This document shows, piece after piece, positions 8,688 through 18,418 of a DNA stretch of 64,000 bases. The notes beneath the pieces were generated by a model that saw nothing but the letters and a program-made list of their open reading frames with translations, was not told where the DNA came from and did not search any database. The stretch covers positions 1 to 64,000 of the forward strand of contig JBCCEA010000006.1 of the NCBI GenBank assembly GCA_039030515.1. Reading direction: 5' to 3'. Source of the stretch: Myxococcota bacterium (GTDB lineage: Bacteria > Myxococcota_A > Polyangia > Polyangiales > Houyiibacteriaceae). The position numbers and the translations under genes are program-made. Positions within the stretch are counted from its first letter, which is position 1; each line of letters begins with the position of its first letter.

Positions 8688-10958
8688 GGGTTCTGCTGGA
8701 GTGAACTCGTTTTGTTCAATTGTGAAAGGTTCGTCTATGTGCGTATCGTGAAAACGCTCGTAGTCGATAAGGATACGGCCGTCTGGTAGGTCGGCAACGA
8801 CGTCTACGAATCGCGAATTGAATCGAATATCCTCTGGATACCAAATGCGTTGGGCATGCGTTGTTTGCGCATATGTCGAGTCAAAACCCGTCAAGATTCC
8901 TATGAAAAGCAGTGCCTTTTCTTCCATGTCTTTAGATTCAATACCGTGGAGTGGACTCTGCTCGTCGATAATGTGAATCATGAGCCAAGACAGGGCAAAG
9001 ACGGGAGTGGAGTCCCTGATGAGTTTTAAGTCGTAGAGTCGACGTATCTGGTGGCCCTCAGGACTGTCGTCTTCCATCAGCACAGACAGTCTTGCTGTCG
9101 CTTCGAGAAGCATGTTCCCGCGTGCATTGCCCGCGCGAAGCATCAAGGCTTTCTTACCGTGATAGCGAGTCATCGTAAGCACATCGCTAAAGAGTACAGC
9201 CTTCCGAGGTCTGGATACCTTTGCAAACATAAGGCCGGTGGCGAGCGCCGTCAGGAGTAGGCCGGTTCCAGCCTCGATAGTGACCAGCAAGTTGCTGTAG
9301 GTGCTTGCGGGCGAAAGCACTCCGTAGCCCAGTGTCGACATGGTCTGAACGCTAAAGAAAAAGGCGTCCAGAAAGGAACCTGGATGGGCGTTGACGATGC
9401 TGTCGCTATCGAGCACATACAAAGCTCCAAAGACGACGTTGATCAAGAGATATCCCGTGACCATGGTTCCCAGCAGTCGAGTCCAGCTGCCTTCCATTAG
9501 GAAGAAATAGAGATCGCTGCGAATCTCGCTTGGTGCTCCACGTCGAACCGCCTCGGAAACATCACGACGCAGTCGATTTTTGATTTTTGGCCTTGAGGCG
9601 CGCTCGGGCGCTTTTGGACTGCTTGGACGAGCCGACGGCGCTCGTTGAATTGGCATGTCCGAGGCGGTCGGGACGACATTCATGTCGATCACAAGCTGCA
9701 AAATACAGATGCTGGCCAGCAATCCGACAAACGCCCAGGGCTGCATCGACATCCCCACCGGAGCGAGAACACAGGTAGCGATCCCGGAAACGATGCGGCC
9801 TCGAACACGAGCGCTGTCGCTGAGCTCTGCTTGCCGACGCTCGCTTACCCAGTCGATGGCGGCGATCGACAAAAAGGTGGCGGAGAGACCTCCGCAGAGA
9901 AGCCATCGGTGGGCAGCCGGCAGCGGTTCGACTGCAGTATGTTTCAAGGAGAGAACGATGCCGGAGCCGAGTAGGGAGAGAGAGGCGACAAGGGGCAAGT
10001 GACTGTAGATCCAAACGTAGGGGGCGATCGGCAGTGGTTTGAGTGGAGAATGGGCAACGTCATCAAAGTAGATCCACCACAAGCTAAACGTCACGGTGAG
10101 CACTTCGACGCATAAGATACCGCTCCTTATCGACAGTTCTTCATTCGACAAGATGTGGAGCTGCCAGATCAAGAATACGCCCAGGATGAGAGAGATGAGC
10201 AGGCCGTATCGGTGGGTTGTATGCCGCACATCGAGGGGATAGCGCAGCGCAAAGTCGCGACCCCACCGGCTGAGTGTGGTGGCGAAGTCAACCGCTGCGG
10301 CGATAGTCCAGGCAAGGTATACCCACGGCGTCTGCAGGAATATCGATCCCAGCCACAGCAGAGTTCCCGTACTGAATCCTAAAGTAAACGACCTAGCGTA
10401 TTCATTTGCGCGATCGACTTGAAGCCAGGTGCGGGCATAGAGAAGCGCCAGGGTGAAGCGCACAAAAGCGAATGCCGCAGAAAAGTAGACGGTTTTGCCG
10501 TTGACGACGTCAGGGACCGTGGCTCCCAGCATCGCTAGGCCAAAGATCTGTAAAAATACGAGGACGCGATGCAGGATGTCGTCTGAGAGAAATCGATTCG
10601 AATAAAAGGTGAAGCTCGCCCAAGTAGACCAGACCGGGATCAACAATCCGAGCACGCTCCATATCCGGTGGGGGTCTATCGGGTTTTCGAGCGTGCCCCC
10701 AAGGCGTGCGATGATCGAGACCGCAACGATTCCGTACAAGAGCTCAAGCCAGGGGGTGCGTAGCTCCTCGGTCGATCCCCCAACGTGCAACTGCGGCGGA
10801 TGAAACCAGCGGTTGCGAGGCGCGCGGTAGAAAGAAACGTCTTGATCGTTTGGTTCGTTACTCAACGGGTTCCGTCTCGCCAGAGGTGTTGTTCGATCGT
10901 CCGCGCAGTCCGGTGCCCCGTAGCGCCGCACGCAATTGGCCCGCCAAATCTGCCACAA
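8676..10958 (-). CDS. LtrA (low temperature requirement A)-family membrane domain fused to an inward-rectifier K+ channel (KirBac-like); start may be near 10865
   Basis: LtrA-like TPWLELLY, RYGLLISLILG, LWWIYFD and IYSHLPLV. Kir pore FFFSVQTMSTLGYG, then AKVSRP, RAGNARGN and LSWLMIHIIDEQSPL in the cytoplasmic domain. Confidence 0.85.
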   Translation of the reverse strand: MWQIWRANCVRRYGAPDCADDRTTPLARRNPLSNEPNDQDVSFYRAPRNRWFHPPQLHVGGSTEELRTPWLELLYGIVAVSIIARLGGTLENPIDPHRIWSVLGLLIPVWSTWASFTFYSNRFLSDDILHRVLVFLQIFGLAMLGATVPDVVNGKTVYFSAAFAFVRFTLALLYARTWLQVDRANEYARSFTLGFSTGTLLWLGSIFLQTPWVYLAWTIAAAVDFATTLSRWGRDFALRYPLDVRHTTHRYGLLISLILGVFLIWQLHILSNEELSIRSGILCVEVLTVTFSLWWIYFDDVAHSPLKPLPIAPYVWIYSHLPLVASLSLLGSGIVLSLKHTAVEPLPAAHRWLLCGGLSATFLSIAAIDWVSERRQAELSDSARVRGRIVSGIATCVLAPVGMSMQPWAFVGLLASICILQLVIDMNVVPTASDMPIQRAPSARPSSPKAPERASRPKIKNRLRRDVSEAVRRGAPSEIRSDLYFFLMEGSWTRLLGTMVTGYLLINVVFGALYVLDSDSIVNAHPGSFLDAFFFSVQTMSTLGYGVLSPASTYSNLLVTIEAGTGLLLTALATGLMFAKVSRPRKAVLFSDVLTMTRYHGKKALMLRAGNARGNMLLEATARLSVLMEDDSPEGHQIRRLYDLKLIRDSTPVFALSWLMIHIIDEQSPLHGIESKDMEEKALLFIGILTGFDSTYAQTTHAQRIWYPEDIRFNSRFVDVVADLPDGRILIDYERFHDTHIDEPFTIEQNEFTPAEPKKS

Positions 10959-11136
10959 TTCGACCTAGAAGCTTCAAACTTCACGGATTCAGATGGTTCC
11001 GTGCGATGCTTCCGGCAACTTTCGGGAGATAGGCCGCTGCGGGCGTCACCGAGCAGCAGCGGGCGTCGCTGAGCAGCAGCGGTCCAGGGCCTCCTAAGCG
11101 GGTAGGCTGAGGTCTGGGCACGTTGAGAGGAGGAAC

Positions 11137-11766
11137 ATGCCCATGTTTGGTTTTCGTTTGAGTTTCGCGTCGCTCCTCGGTTTTGCCCTAGGCGCTTTGA
11201 TTGCCGCATCTGCCGGTTGCGGCGGTGCGCCATCCACCAGCGCCGCTACCCGCACGACGATCACTGTCGAAACCCTTTATCCGATGGCTGAAGGCAGCGC
11301 GTGGTCCTTTGATGTCGATACCGGAGTGTCGAATGCGCCTCCCACCCTGGCGATCACCCGCGTCGTTTCTGCGCGGGGTGCGCTCTTCGAATTGAGCAAC
11401 AACGGGAGCGAGCCAGTTCGCTACGAGCTTCGCGAACAAGGTCTCTTTCGCCCAGGCAGCGGCACCTGGTTGCTGCGGAAGCCTATCGAGACGGGGGCCT
11501 CTTGGGCATCGACCTCCGGGATGGTAGCCGAGGTTGCGTCGATGGGGGTTCGCGTCACCACTCCCGCGGGCACCTTCGAAGACTGCGTCCTTATCGAAGA
11601 ACGCGGCGAGGACTCGACCCGCAGGATCGCCACGACCTACTGCCCGGGCGTAGGGCCGGTCCGCGTTCTGTCCAGTATGAGCACTCGTTTTCGCGGAACC
11701 CATACCGAGGTTACCGCGGTTTTACGTGGTTACGCTGTCTCACCCGAAGCAGCTCCGCCCGAATAA
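11137..11766 (+). CDS. Hypothetical lipoprotein
   Basis: GAGGAGG RBS upstream; hydrophobic signal ending SAGC; VTTPAGTFEDC...YCPGVGPV motif typical of uncharacterised beta-rich lipoproteins. Confidence 0.75.
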   Translation: MPMFGFRLSFASLLGFALGALIAASAGCGGAPSTSAATRTTITVETLYPMAEGSAWSFDVDTGVSNAPPTLAITRVVSARGALFELSNNGSEPVRYELREQGLFRPGSGTWLLRKPIETGASWASTSGMVAEVASMGVRVTTPAGTFEDCVLIEERGEDSTRRIATTYCPGVGPVRVLSSMSTRFRGTHTEVTAVLRGYAVSPEAAPPE

Positions 11767-11890
11767 CGGGGACGCAGTCCGTCGATCTCGCGATACGCTC
11801 GCTTCGAATCGATGGGTTGAAGCCTAAGCGGCACCGGATCCCGCTCCCGTCCACTTGACGACGTGACGAGGGGTGATTAGCAGCTATCCG

Positions 11891-12892
11891 ATGATCGTCG
11901 TCGATAAGGTGAGCAAGTACTACGGGGTCCATCCGGCTGTACACAACCTTGAGTTCCGGATCGATGAAGGCGAGTGCGTTGGTTTCCTTGGACTTAATGG
12001 TGCCGGGAAGACGACCACCCTTCGAATCCTGAGCTGCCTGCTTCTGCCTACCTCGGGCAGGGTGACCATCAAGGGCCTGGACGCGGAAGAGGCGCCTCAT
12101 GAAATCCGCAAACTGATCGGGTTTTTGCCCGATACCCCACCGCTTTACCCAGAGATGACGGTGCGCGACTTCCTCGGCTTTGCAGGGCGCCTCCGCCGGA
12201 TGGAGCGCGAGGCGGTAGAACGACGTGTGCCGGAGGTCCTTTCGAGCTGCGGACTCGAAGATGTGGCCCAGCAAACCATCGCGACGCTATCTCACGGGTA
12301 CAAGCAACGGGTCGGCATTGCTCAGGCGATCGTGCATGAGCCGAAGTTGCTGATTCTCGATGAGCCGATTCAGGGCTTGGATCCGGTCCAAATCGTCGAG
12401 ATGCGTGAGATGATCCGGGCGCTTCGCGGGCAGCATACGATTTTGCTGAGCAGCCATATTCTTTCCGAGATTCAACAGACCTGCGATCGGATTCTCATGC
12501 TCCACGAAGGCCGGATCGCGGCGACCGCTGCGGAAGAAGAGCTGGCGGGTAGTCGTGGCAAAAGAATCCGCGTTCGGCTGGAGGTACGAGCTCGATCGGT
12601 CCCAGATCACTCAGAAGGTGGCCCCGAGAGCGCATTGCGTACCGCGCTCAGAGATGTTTCAGATGTGCTCGAGATAAACGTATCGAAGCAGAGCGAACGC
12701 AGCGACGTGTGGACTGCCGATCTCTCCCTAGGTTTGGACTGCCGTGAAGAAGTGGCTCAAGCTCTGGTCAAAGCGGGATTTGGTCTCCGCAGTCTGGAAC
12801 TGAAAAGCACTGGACTAGAGCAGATGTTTTTGCAACTGAGCCACCAAGGCGGAGAGAAGCCGGGGACGTCGAGCGAGGAGCAGGCATCATGA
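11891..12892 (+). CDS. ABC transporter ATP-binding protein (GldA-like)
   Basis: Walker A GLNGAGKTT, signature LSHGYKQR, Walker B LILDEP. Confidence 0.9.
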   Translation: MIVVDKVSKYYGVHPAVHNLEFRIDEGECVGFLGLNGAGKTTTLRILSCLLLPTSGRVTIKGLDAEEAPHEIRKLIGFLPDTPPLYPEMTVRDFLGFAGRLRRMEREAVERRVPEVLSSCGLEDVAQQTIATLSHGYKQRVGIAQAIVHEPKLLILDEPIQGLDPVQIVEMREMIRALRGQHTILLSSHILSEIQQTCDRILMLHEGRIAATAAEEELAGSRGKRIRVRLEVRARSVPDHSEGGPESALRTALRDVSDVLEINVSKQSERSDVWTADLSLGLDCREEVAQALVKAGFGLRSLELKSTGLEQMFLQLSHQGGEKPGTSSEEQAS

Positions 12893-13629
12893 ATTCTGTC
12901 GGTCTTATAGTTCGAAGAGAGCTTTCGTCTTACCTGAAAACTCCGGGTGGATACATCATCGCCTCCTTCTTTTTGTTGATCTCGGGCGTGCTCTTCAACG
13001 TTCGAGCGGTTGGTTCTTCGGCTCGCTATTCCCTAGAGGTGCTGCAGCAGTACTTTATCGACGCGGGAGGGGTTGTCGTCGTTGCCTGCGTGCTCCTCTC
13101 ACTACGCATGCTCGCCGGCGAGCGCGCCATGGGCACCCACGTACTGCTCTTTACCTCACCGGTGCGTGAAGGGGATATCGTACTCGGCAAGTACCTGGCC
13201 TCCGTGATCTTCCTCTTGGTGATGATCGCGCTTTCTCTCTACCTACCGGCGCTGATCTTCGTGAACGGTAAAGTATCTCTAGGGCATATCGCGGCCGGTT
13301 ACCTGGGCATGTTTTTGCTCGGCTGCTCCACTTTGGCGATCGGCATGTTCGCTTCCTCTATGCTGAGCTTCAACCACTTTGCGGCCGTTTTGCTCTCTCT
13401 CATGCTCACTGCACTGATCGTGTCTCTTCTCGAGCTCGGGTGGTGGATCGGTCAAGTGAGCGAGCCGCCAATGAACGCTTTGATTTCTTATATGGCACCT
13501 TACATGAAACATTTTCATCCGTTTCGTCGAGGCCTGCTTCAGCTCAGCGATCTCGTGTACCACGGCTCGGTGATTTGCTTTTGCCTGATGGGTTCGACGA
13601 AGATTCTACAAAGCCAGAGGTGGCGATGA
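12889..13629 (+). CDS. ABC-2 type permease (GldF-like)
   Basis: About six TM segments; RMLAGERAMGT..LLFTSPVREGDIVLGKYLA motif; ATGA overlap with the ATPase gene. Confidence 0.85.
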   Translation: MNSVGLIVRRELSSYLKTPGGYIIASFFLLISGVLFNVRAVGSSARYSLEVLQQYFIDAGGVVVVACVLLSLRMLAGERAMGTHVLLFTSPVREGDIVLGKYLASVIFLLVMIALSLYLPALIFVNGKVSLGHIAAGYLGMFLLGCSTLAIGMFASSMLSFNHFAAVLLSLMLTALIVSLLELGWWIGQVSEPPMNALISYMAPYMKHFHPFRRGLLQLSDLVYHGSVICFCLMGSTKILQSQRWR

Positions 13630-15662
13630 TTTTCTCAGGCTTGCTCACCAGCATTGGACTGGGCTTTTCGCTGCTGCTCTTGCTTATCTCCGAACGAGTG
13701 CTCACCAGCGGAACGGGACACACGGCGCTGTTGGGATTCGCAGCCTTCGGTGTGCTCGCTGCCGCTTGGAATCGTGCTCGGCTGAGCATGAATGCGCTTG
13801 GTGTGGCTCGGACGGCTCATCGCCACATCCTTTTGACCTACGTCGGGGTGATCTGCGCGTTGATGCTCTACGGGATGTCCACTCCGCTCGGTCGGGAGCT
13901 GTTCCAGATAGACGAGGCGCTTGAGCAGCGATGGGAAGTTGTGCTCACCGTGCTCTTCTCTGCGCTACTGACGCTCTCGCTCACGACGCTCACGTTTATG
14001 GAGCTCGCCGCGATGCGGATGCCGGTACCTGAAGCCGTCGAGCTTCGGCGCATTCATGGAGCGGCGCAGATGGGGTTGAGTCTTTCCTTCTCCCTCATCT
14101 TCATGTTCTCGATCAACTACATCGCACGGGAACGGGACGTGCGTCGCGACCTCTCCTACTTCAAGACGACCGAGCCCAGCGAGACCACCCTTCGCATGGT
14201 TCGCGGTCTGGGGGAGCCTCTTGAAGTCTACCTTGTCTTCCCGCGCATCAACGAGGTGCTCGACCAGATGGCTCCCTACTTCGAGCGTGTCGGCATGGAG
14301 TCCGACCAAATTCAGGTAGAGCACATCGATCACGCTCTCGCTCCGAAGCTCGCCCAGCAGCACCGCATTCGGGGTAACGGTTTTGTGCTCTTGGTTCGCG
14401 GTGAAGGGGATTCCGCTCAAGCCAAATCGTTTGAAGTGGGCATGGACCTCGAGCGAGCGCGATCTCGCCTGCGAACGCTCGATGGGCGCTTTCAAGAGAG
14501 TTTTTCTGAGCTCACCCAGGTGAGACGAGCGCTGTATCTCACCGTCGGGCATCGGGAACGCTCGGCCCGCGGTGAACCCGAGGACTCAGAAGACGAGCGT
14601 TTGAGCGGCCTCAGCTCGGCGCTCGAACGTTCGAATGTTCAGACGAAGACCCTGGGTGTTGCCCAAGGACTGGCAAGCGATGTGCCCGATGACGCCCCGG
14701 CGGTTGCGGTGATCGGTCCAAGAGAGCCGTTTCTCAAGGAAGAGAGCGACGCCTTGGTCCGCTATGTGCGCGCGGGCGGCAGAGTGATCCTCATGCTGGA
14801 TCCCCTGGTCGAGCACGGTCTTGACGACTTCCTGCGCAAGGTAGGCCTCGAAACCCAGCGAGGGGTGGTCTCAAGCGAAACCGCCCACGTACGTCAGGCG
14901 TTTGCCCCTTCGGATCGAGCGCTGGTCTACACCAAGAGCTACTCCTCTCATCCGACGGTCACGATCGCGAGTCGCAATGCGCGCCAGGTTGCGAGCATTT
15001 TCCTGCGCGGAGTGGCCCTGAAGCGAACCCAAGGGAAAGACGCTATCGAGGGTATCCAGGTGAATTTCCCGATCCGATCGGGATCCGACGTCTGGAGAGA
15101 TCTCGATGGAGATTGGACCAAGGGCGCCGACGAGGCATCAGGTCAGGTCAATCTGATGGCGGCGGTAACCATTCCGAGTGAAGACGGTGACGAGGGTCGC
15201 GTGGTGGTGATCGGTGATGGCGACTTTGTGACCGACCGTGTCGTTCGGAACCCCGGCAACATTTATGTTTTTGCTGATGTCCTGCAGTGGCTGCTTGGCG
15301 CTGAGCAGATCGTGGGCCCCACCGCATCCGAAGAGGATGTTCGCATCGAGCACACAAATGAGTCCGACAAGCTTTGGTTCTGGTCAACGGTTCTCGGCGT
15401 TCCTCTTCCGCTCTTCTTCATCGGTCTGCTGATCGGTGCGAGAAGGTTTGCTCCAGGAGCGTTTCGTCGTGCTGCACCACAAGACGCCCCGAGTGTAGAC
15501 AAGGCTGCATCCGCTGTGGAATCTGCATCCGCTGTGGAACCTGCCTCCGCTGTCACGCCGGAGACGCCTGCGCTCGATGCCGGTGAGGAAGCAGCAGTGG
15601 CTGAGGCGCATCGAGCACACGGCCAGCCAGAATCCGAGGACCAGAAGGGGGAGCCCTCATGA
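13626..15662 (+). CDS. GldG-family (ABC-type uncharacterised transport system) protein
   Basis: ATG at 13626 overlaps the permease stop. N-terminal TMs, YLTVGHRE, RYVRAGGRVILMLDP, GRVVVIGDGDFV and a C-terminal TM. Confidence 0.8.
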   Translation: MIFSGLLTSIGLGFSLLLLLISERVLTSGTGHTALLGFAAFGVLAAAWNRARLSMNALGVARTAHRHILLTYVGVICALMLYGMSTPLGRELFQIDEALEQRWEVVLTVLFSALLTLSLTTLTFMELAAMRMPVPEAVELRRIHGAAQMGLSLSFSLIFMFSINYIARERDVRRDLSYFKTTEPSETTLRMVRGLGEPLEVYLVFPRINEVLDQMAPYFERVGMESDQIQVEHIDHALAPKLAQQHRIRGNGFVLLVRGEGDSAQAKSFEVGMDLERARSRLRTLDGRFQESFSELTQVRRALYLTVGHRERSARGEPEDSEDERLSGLSSALERSNVQTKTLGVAQGLASDVPDDAPAVAVIGPREPFLKEESDALVRYVRAGGRVILMLDPLVEHGLDDFLRKVGLETQRGVVSSETAHVRQAFAPSDRALVYTKSYSSHPTVTIASRNARQVASIFLRGVALKRTQGKDAIEGIQVNFPIRSGSDVWRDLDGDWTKGADEASGQVNLMAAVTIPSEDGDEGRVVVIGDGDFVTDRVVRNPGNIYVFADVLQWLLGAEQIVGPTASEEDVRIEHTNESDKLWFWSTVLGVPLPLFFIGLLIGARRFAPGAFRRAAPQDAPSVDKAASAVESASAVEPASAVTPETPALDAGEEAAVAEAHRAHGQPESEDQKGEPS

Positions 15663-16891
15663 AGAGCGTCTTGATACAGGGGCTGTTGGCGATGTCGAGT
15701 TTGGTAGTCGCGTACCTGGTATGGACCGACGAAGACACCGAATCCCTGCGCGAAGAGGTGGCGGTACTCGATTGCGACGCGCAACGCATCCAGAGCATCC
15801 GCTTGAAGACGCCGACTCGGGAAGTAGCCATGTCACCTCGCGGCGAAATCGATGATCGTTTCTGGTGGATCGAAACCCGTCGCGTTCAGCCGTCTGCAGA
15901 ACCTGCGGTCAACGCGTTTGTGGCAGGAGATGCGTTTGATGCCTATGCCCGTAACTTTGGCCCCCTGAGCGCTCGACGCGACCTCGGTGTGGTTGACGCG
16001 GAGACCCTCGCGGAACTCGGCTTCTTCGTTCCCGCAGAGGATAAAGCGGTGAACCACGAGGCAGCGGGCGACGAGGCAGCGAAAGACGACAAGGCCGCGA
16101 AAGACGCAGACGCGGGAGACGACAAGGCCGCAGGCGACGCAGAGGCGGGAGACGACGAAGAAAAAGAACCGAGCACGCTTGCCCTGACCTGCGGCGATCA
16201 AGAACACGCTTTCGAACTAGGCGGCAGCGCTTATGGCTCTGGCGACCGCTATCTTCGAACGGAACACGATCGAGTCTACCTCGTTTCTGCGGATCTCGTC
16301 CGCAATGCAGAAACAGCAAGTTCCCTGATGCAGCGCGATTTGCTCAACTTCGAGATGTCAGAAGTTGATATGATGGTGCTTCTGGCGTTCGACGAGGAAC
16401 TTCGCCTCAAGCACTACAACCGACTCGATGAAGCGCAAGCGGACTGGGTCGATGCCAACGAGCCCGACCGGCGCAACGAGCTTTACGGCAACTGGATGTC
16501 TCAGCTGTCGCGTTTGCGCGCAACCCGCTATCTCGAGCCCGATGCGGAACCCGGAGCAGATCTCGAAGGGGATGTACGCGTCGCTCCCTTGGCAACCTTT
16601 GTGTTTCTGGATGAATCTGCAGACGAACTCGGTCGCGTGGAGCTTGTCAGAGCCAATAGCGAGCTCGACGTGGAGTACTATGCCCGAAGCAACGCGACCC
16701 GAGGTTGGGTACGGACGCTGCGCTCGCTCGGCAAGCAGGTGGCGGAAGAACTTCGCCCGCTTGTGGGTTTGGATGCGGCGCCCGAGCCTGAGCCCGTTCG
16801 CATGATTCCCGCTCGTTCCGCTTCAGATTCGGCGAGCGACGGTGCGGGTGTCAGGACGCCTCCGCACGGTCACGATAAAGGCGATCACTGA
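15659..16891 (+). CDS. DUF4340-like protein with an acidic low-complexity insertion
   Basis: N-terminal TM anchor; position after GldG matches the common operon; Asp/Ala/Lys-rich insert near 16040-16170. Confidence 0.65.
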   Translation: MKSVLIQGLLAMSSLVVAYLVWTDEDTESLREEVAVLDCDAQRIQSIRLKTPTREVAMSPRGEIDDRFWWIETRRVQPSAEPAVNAFVAGDAFDAYARNFGPLSARRDLGVVDAETLAELGFFVPAEDKAVNHEAAGDEAAKDDKAAKDADAGDDKAAGDAEAGDDEEKEPSTLALTCGDQEHAFELGGSAYGSGDRYLRTEHDRVYLVSADLVRNAETASSLMQRDLLNFEMSEVDMMVLLAFDEELRLKHYNRLDEAQADWVDANEPDRRNELYGNWMSQLSRLRATRYLEPDAEPGADLEGDVRVAPLATFVFLDESADELGRVELVRANSELDVEYYARSNATRGWVRTLRSLGKQVAEELRPLVGLDAAPEPEPVRMIPARSASDSASDGAGVRTPPHGHDKGDH

Positions 16892-17041
16892 AGGCGCCTC
16901 CGCGACGCATTTGAGACGTCCTGCTTGGCGGCTCCTGCTCAGAGAGCCTACGCGTGCGGACCTCTGGTTTACCCTCCGGCGCGCTCATCGCGTGGTCTAT
17001 GGTCACTTCGCACATCCGTGCGATTCCGCTATAGCTACCCC

Positions 17042-18418
17042 ATGCAGACCGCCTTGCTGCGATTCCATGCCGGAACTTTGGAACTGCGTGGCGTAGCATC
17101 CTCGCTTGCAGATTCCCTAGGCTCGGCCTGGAAGTGGGACCCGCGTAGCGAGTGCTATCGCGCCCCGGCACTTGAGTACGCTGCCGTCGTGACCGCGCTG
17201 CACCGGAAGGAATTGGGCTTCGAAGACCTCGCACGCGCCTATGGGGAGTTGACTGCGAGTCTGCGCGTTCATCGCGAACCTCGTCCGTATCAGAAGGCGG
17301 CACTCTCTGCCTGGAAGTCGACTTCTCGTGGACGCGGCGTTGTCGTGCTCCCTACCGGTTCAGGCAAAAGTCATCTCGCGGTCATGGCGATTGCAGATAA
17401 GGCCCGTGCGACGCTGGTGGTTGCGCCCACCCTCGACTTGGTCCGACAGTGGTACGATCTACTCCGTTTGAATTTTGGGGTGAAGGTCGGGATTGTCGGC
17501 GGCGGGGAGCACTCCATTGAAACGCTGACCGTGACTACTTACGACTCCGCGTACCTCCATATGGAACACTTTGGGAACCGCTTCGGACTCATCGTTTTTG
17601 ACGAATGCCACCATTTGCCCAGCGAAACTTACGCGCTTTCTGCCAAAATGTCGGTCGCACCTTTTCGTCTGGGTCTGACGGCGACTCCCGAGCGGGCAGA
17701 TGGCAAAGAAGCGGAACTCGAGTCTCTGATCGGTCCCACCGTATATCGGGAGGATATCGTCGATCTCCGCGGCGACTATCTTGCAGAGTATGAGACGGTT
17801 CGTGTGGTCGTCGAGCTCGATGAGGTCGAGCGGGAGATTCACGATCGCGCCCGCAACATCTACCTCGCTTTTGTTCGCAGTCAGGGCATTCGCTTGGGTA
17901 GTCCCGCCGGTTTTCAAGACTTCATTCAGCGTTCTGCCCAAACGGCGGAGGGTAGACGGGCTATGCGCGCCTATCGTGAGCAGCGCACGCTCGCCTTTGC
18001 CGCGAGCGCCAAACTTGAGTACTTGGACATGCTGCTTTTTCGTCACCGACACGACCGTTCGATCGTGTTTACCCAAGACAACGCGACGGCGTACGAAATA
18101 TCACGGCGCTTTCTAGTGCCGGTAATCACGCACCAAACCAAAATCTCAGAACGCAGCTCGATTCTCTCTGGGCTTTCTGAAGGCACCTACAGTGCGGTGG
18201 TGACCTCAAAGGTACTCAACGAAGGGGTAGATGTGCCCTCGGCGAATGTGGCTGTCGTCGTCTCCGGCAGTGGTTCGGTGCGGGAGCATGTGCAGCGTCT
18301 TGGACGGATCCTGCGGAAAAAAGGAGAAAAGCAGGCGGTTCTTTACGAGTTGATCACCGAGCGCACGTCTGAGAAGTTTACCAGTGAGCGGCGGAGAGAA
18401 CACAGTGCTTACCGCTGA
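17042..18418 (+). CDS. XPB/Rad25-like superfamily 2 DNA helicase
   Basis: PRPYQ Q-motif, LPTGSGKS, DECHH, GLTATPER, VLNEGVDVP and QRLGRILR. Confidence 0.9.
   Translation: MQTALLRFHAGTLELRGVASSLADSLGSAWKWDPRSECYRAPALEYAAVVTALHRKELGFEDLARAYGELTASLRVHREPRPYQKAALSAWKSTSRGRGVVVLPTGSGKSHLAVMAIADKARATLVVAPTLDLVRQWYDLLRLNFGVKVGIVGGGEHSIETLTVTTYDSAYLHMEHFGNRFGLIVFDECHHLPSETYALSAKMSVAPFRLGLTATPERADGKEAELESLIGPTVYREDIVDLRGDYLAEYETVRVVVELDEVEREIHDRARNIYLAFVRSQGIRLGSPAGFQDFIQRSAQTAEGRRAMRAYREQRTLAFAASAKLEYLDMLLFRHRHDRSIVFTQDNATAYEISRRFLVPVITHQTKISERSSILSGLSEGTYSAVVTSKVLNEGVDVPSANVAVVVSGSGSVREHVQRLGRILRKKGEKQAVLYELITERTSEKFTSERRREHSAYR

Noticed and set aside
11891..16891. Bacteroidetes-type gliding motility machinery
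   Set aside because: GldA/F/G-like ABC operons are widespread, and no gldK-N or spr genes occur here.
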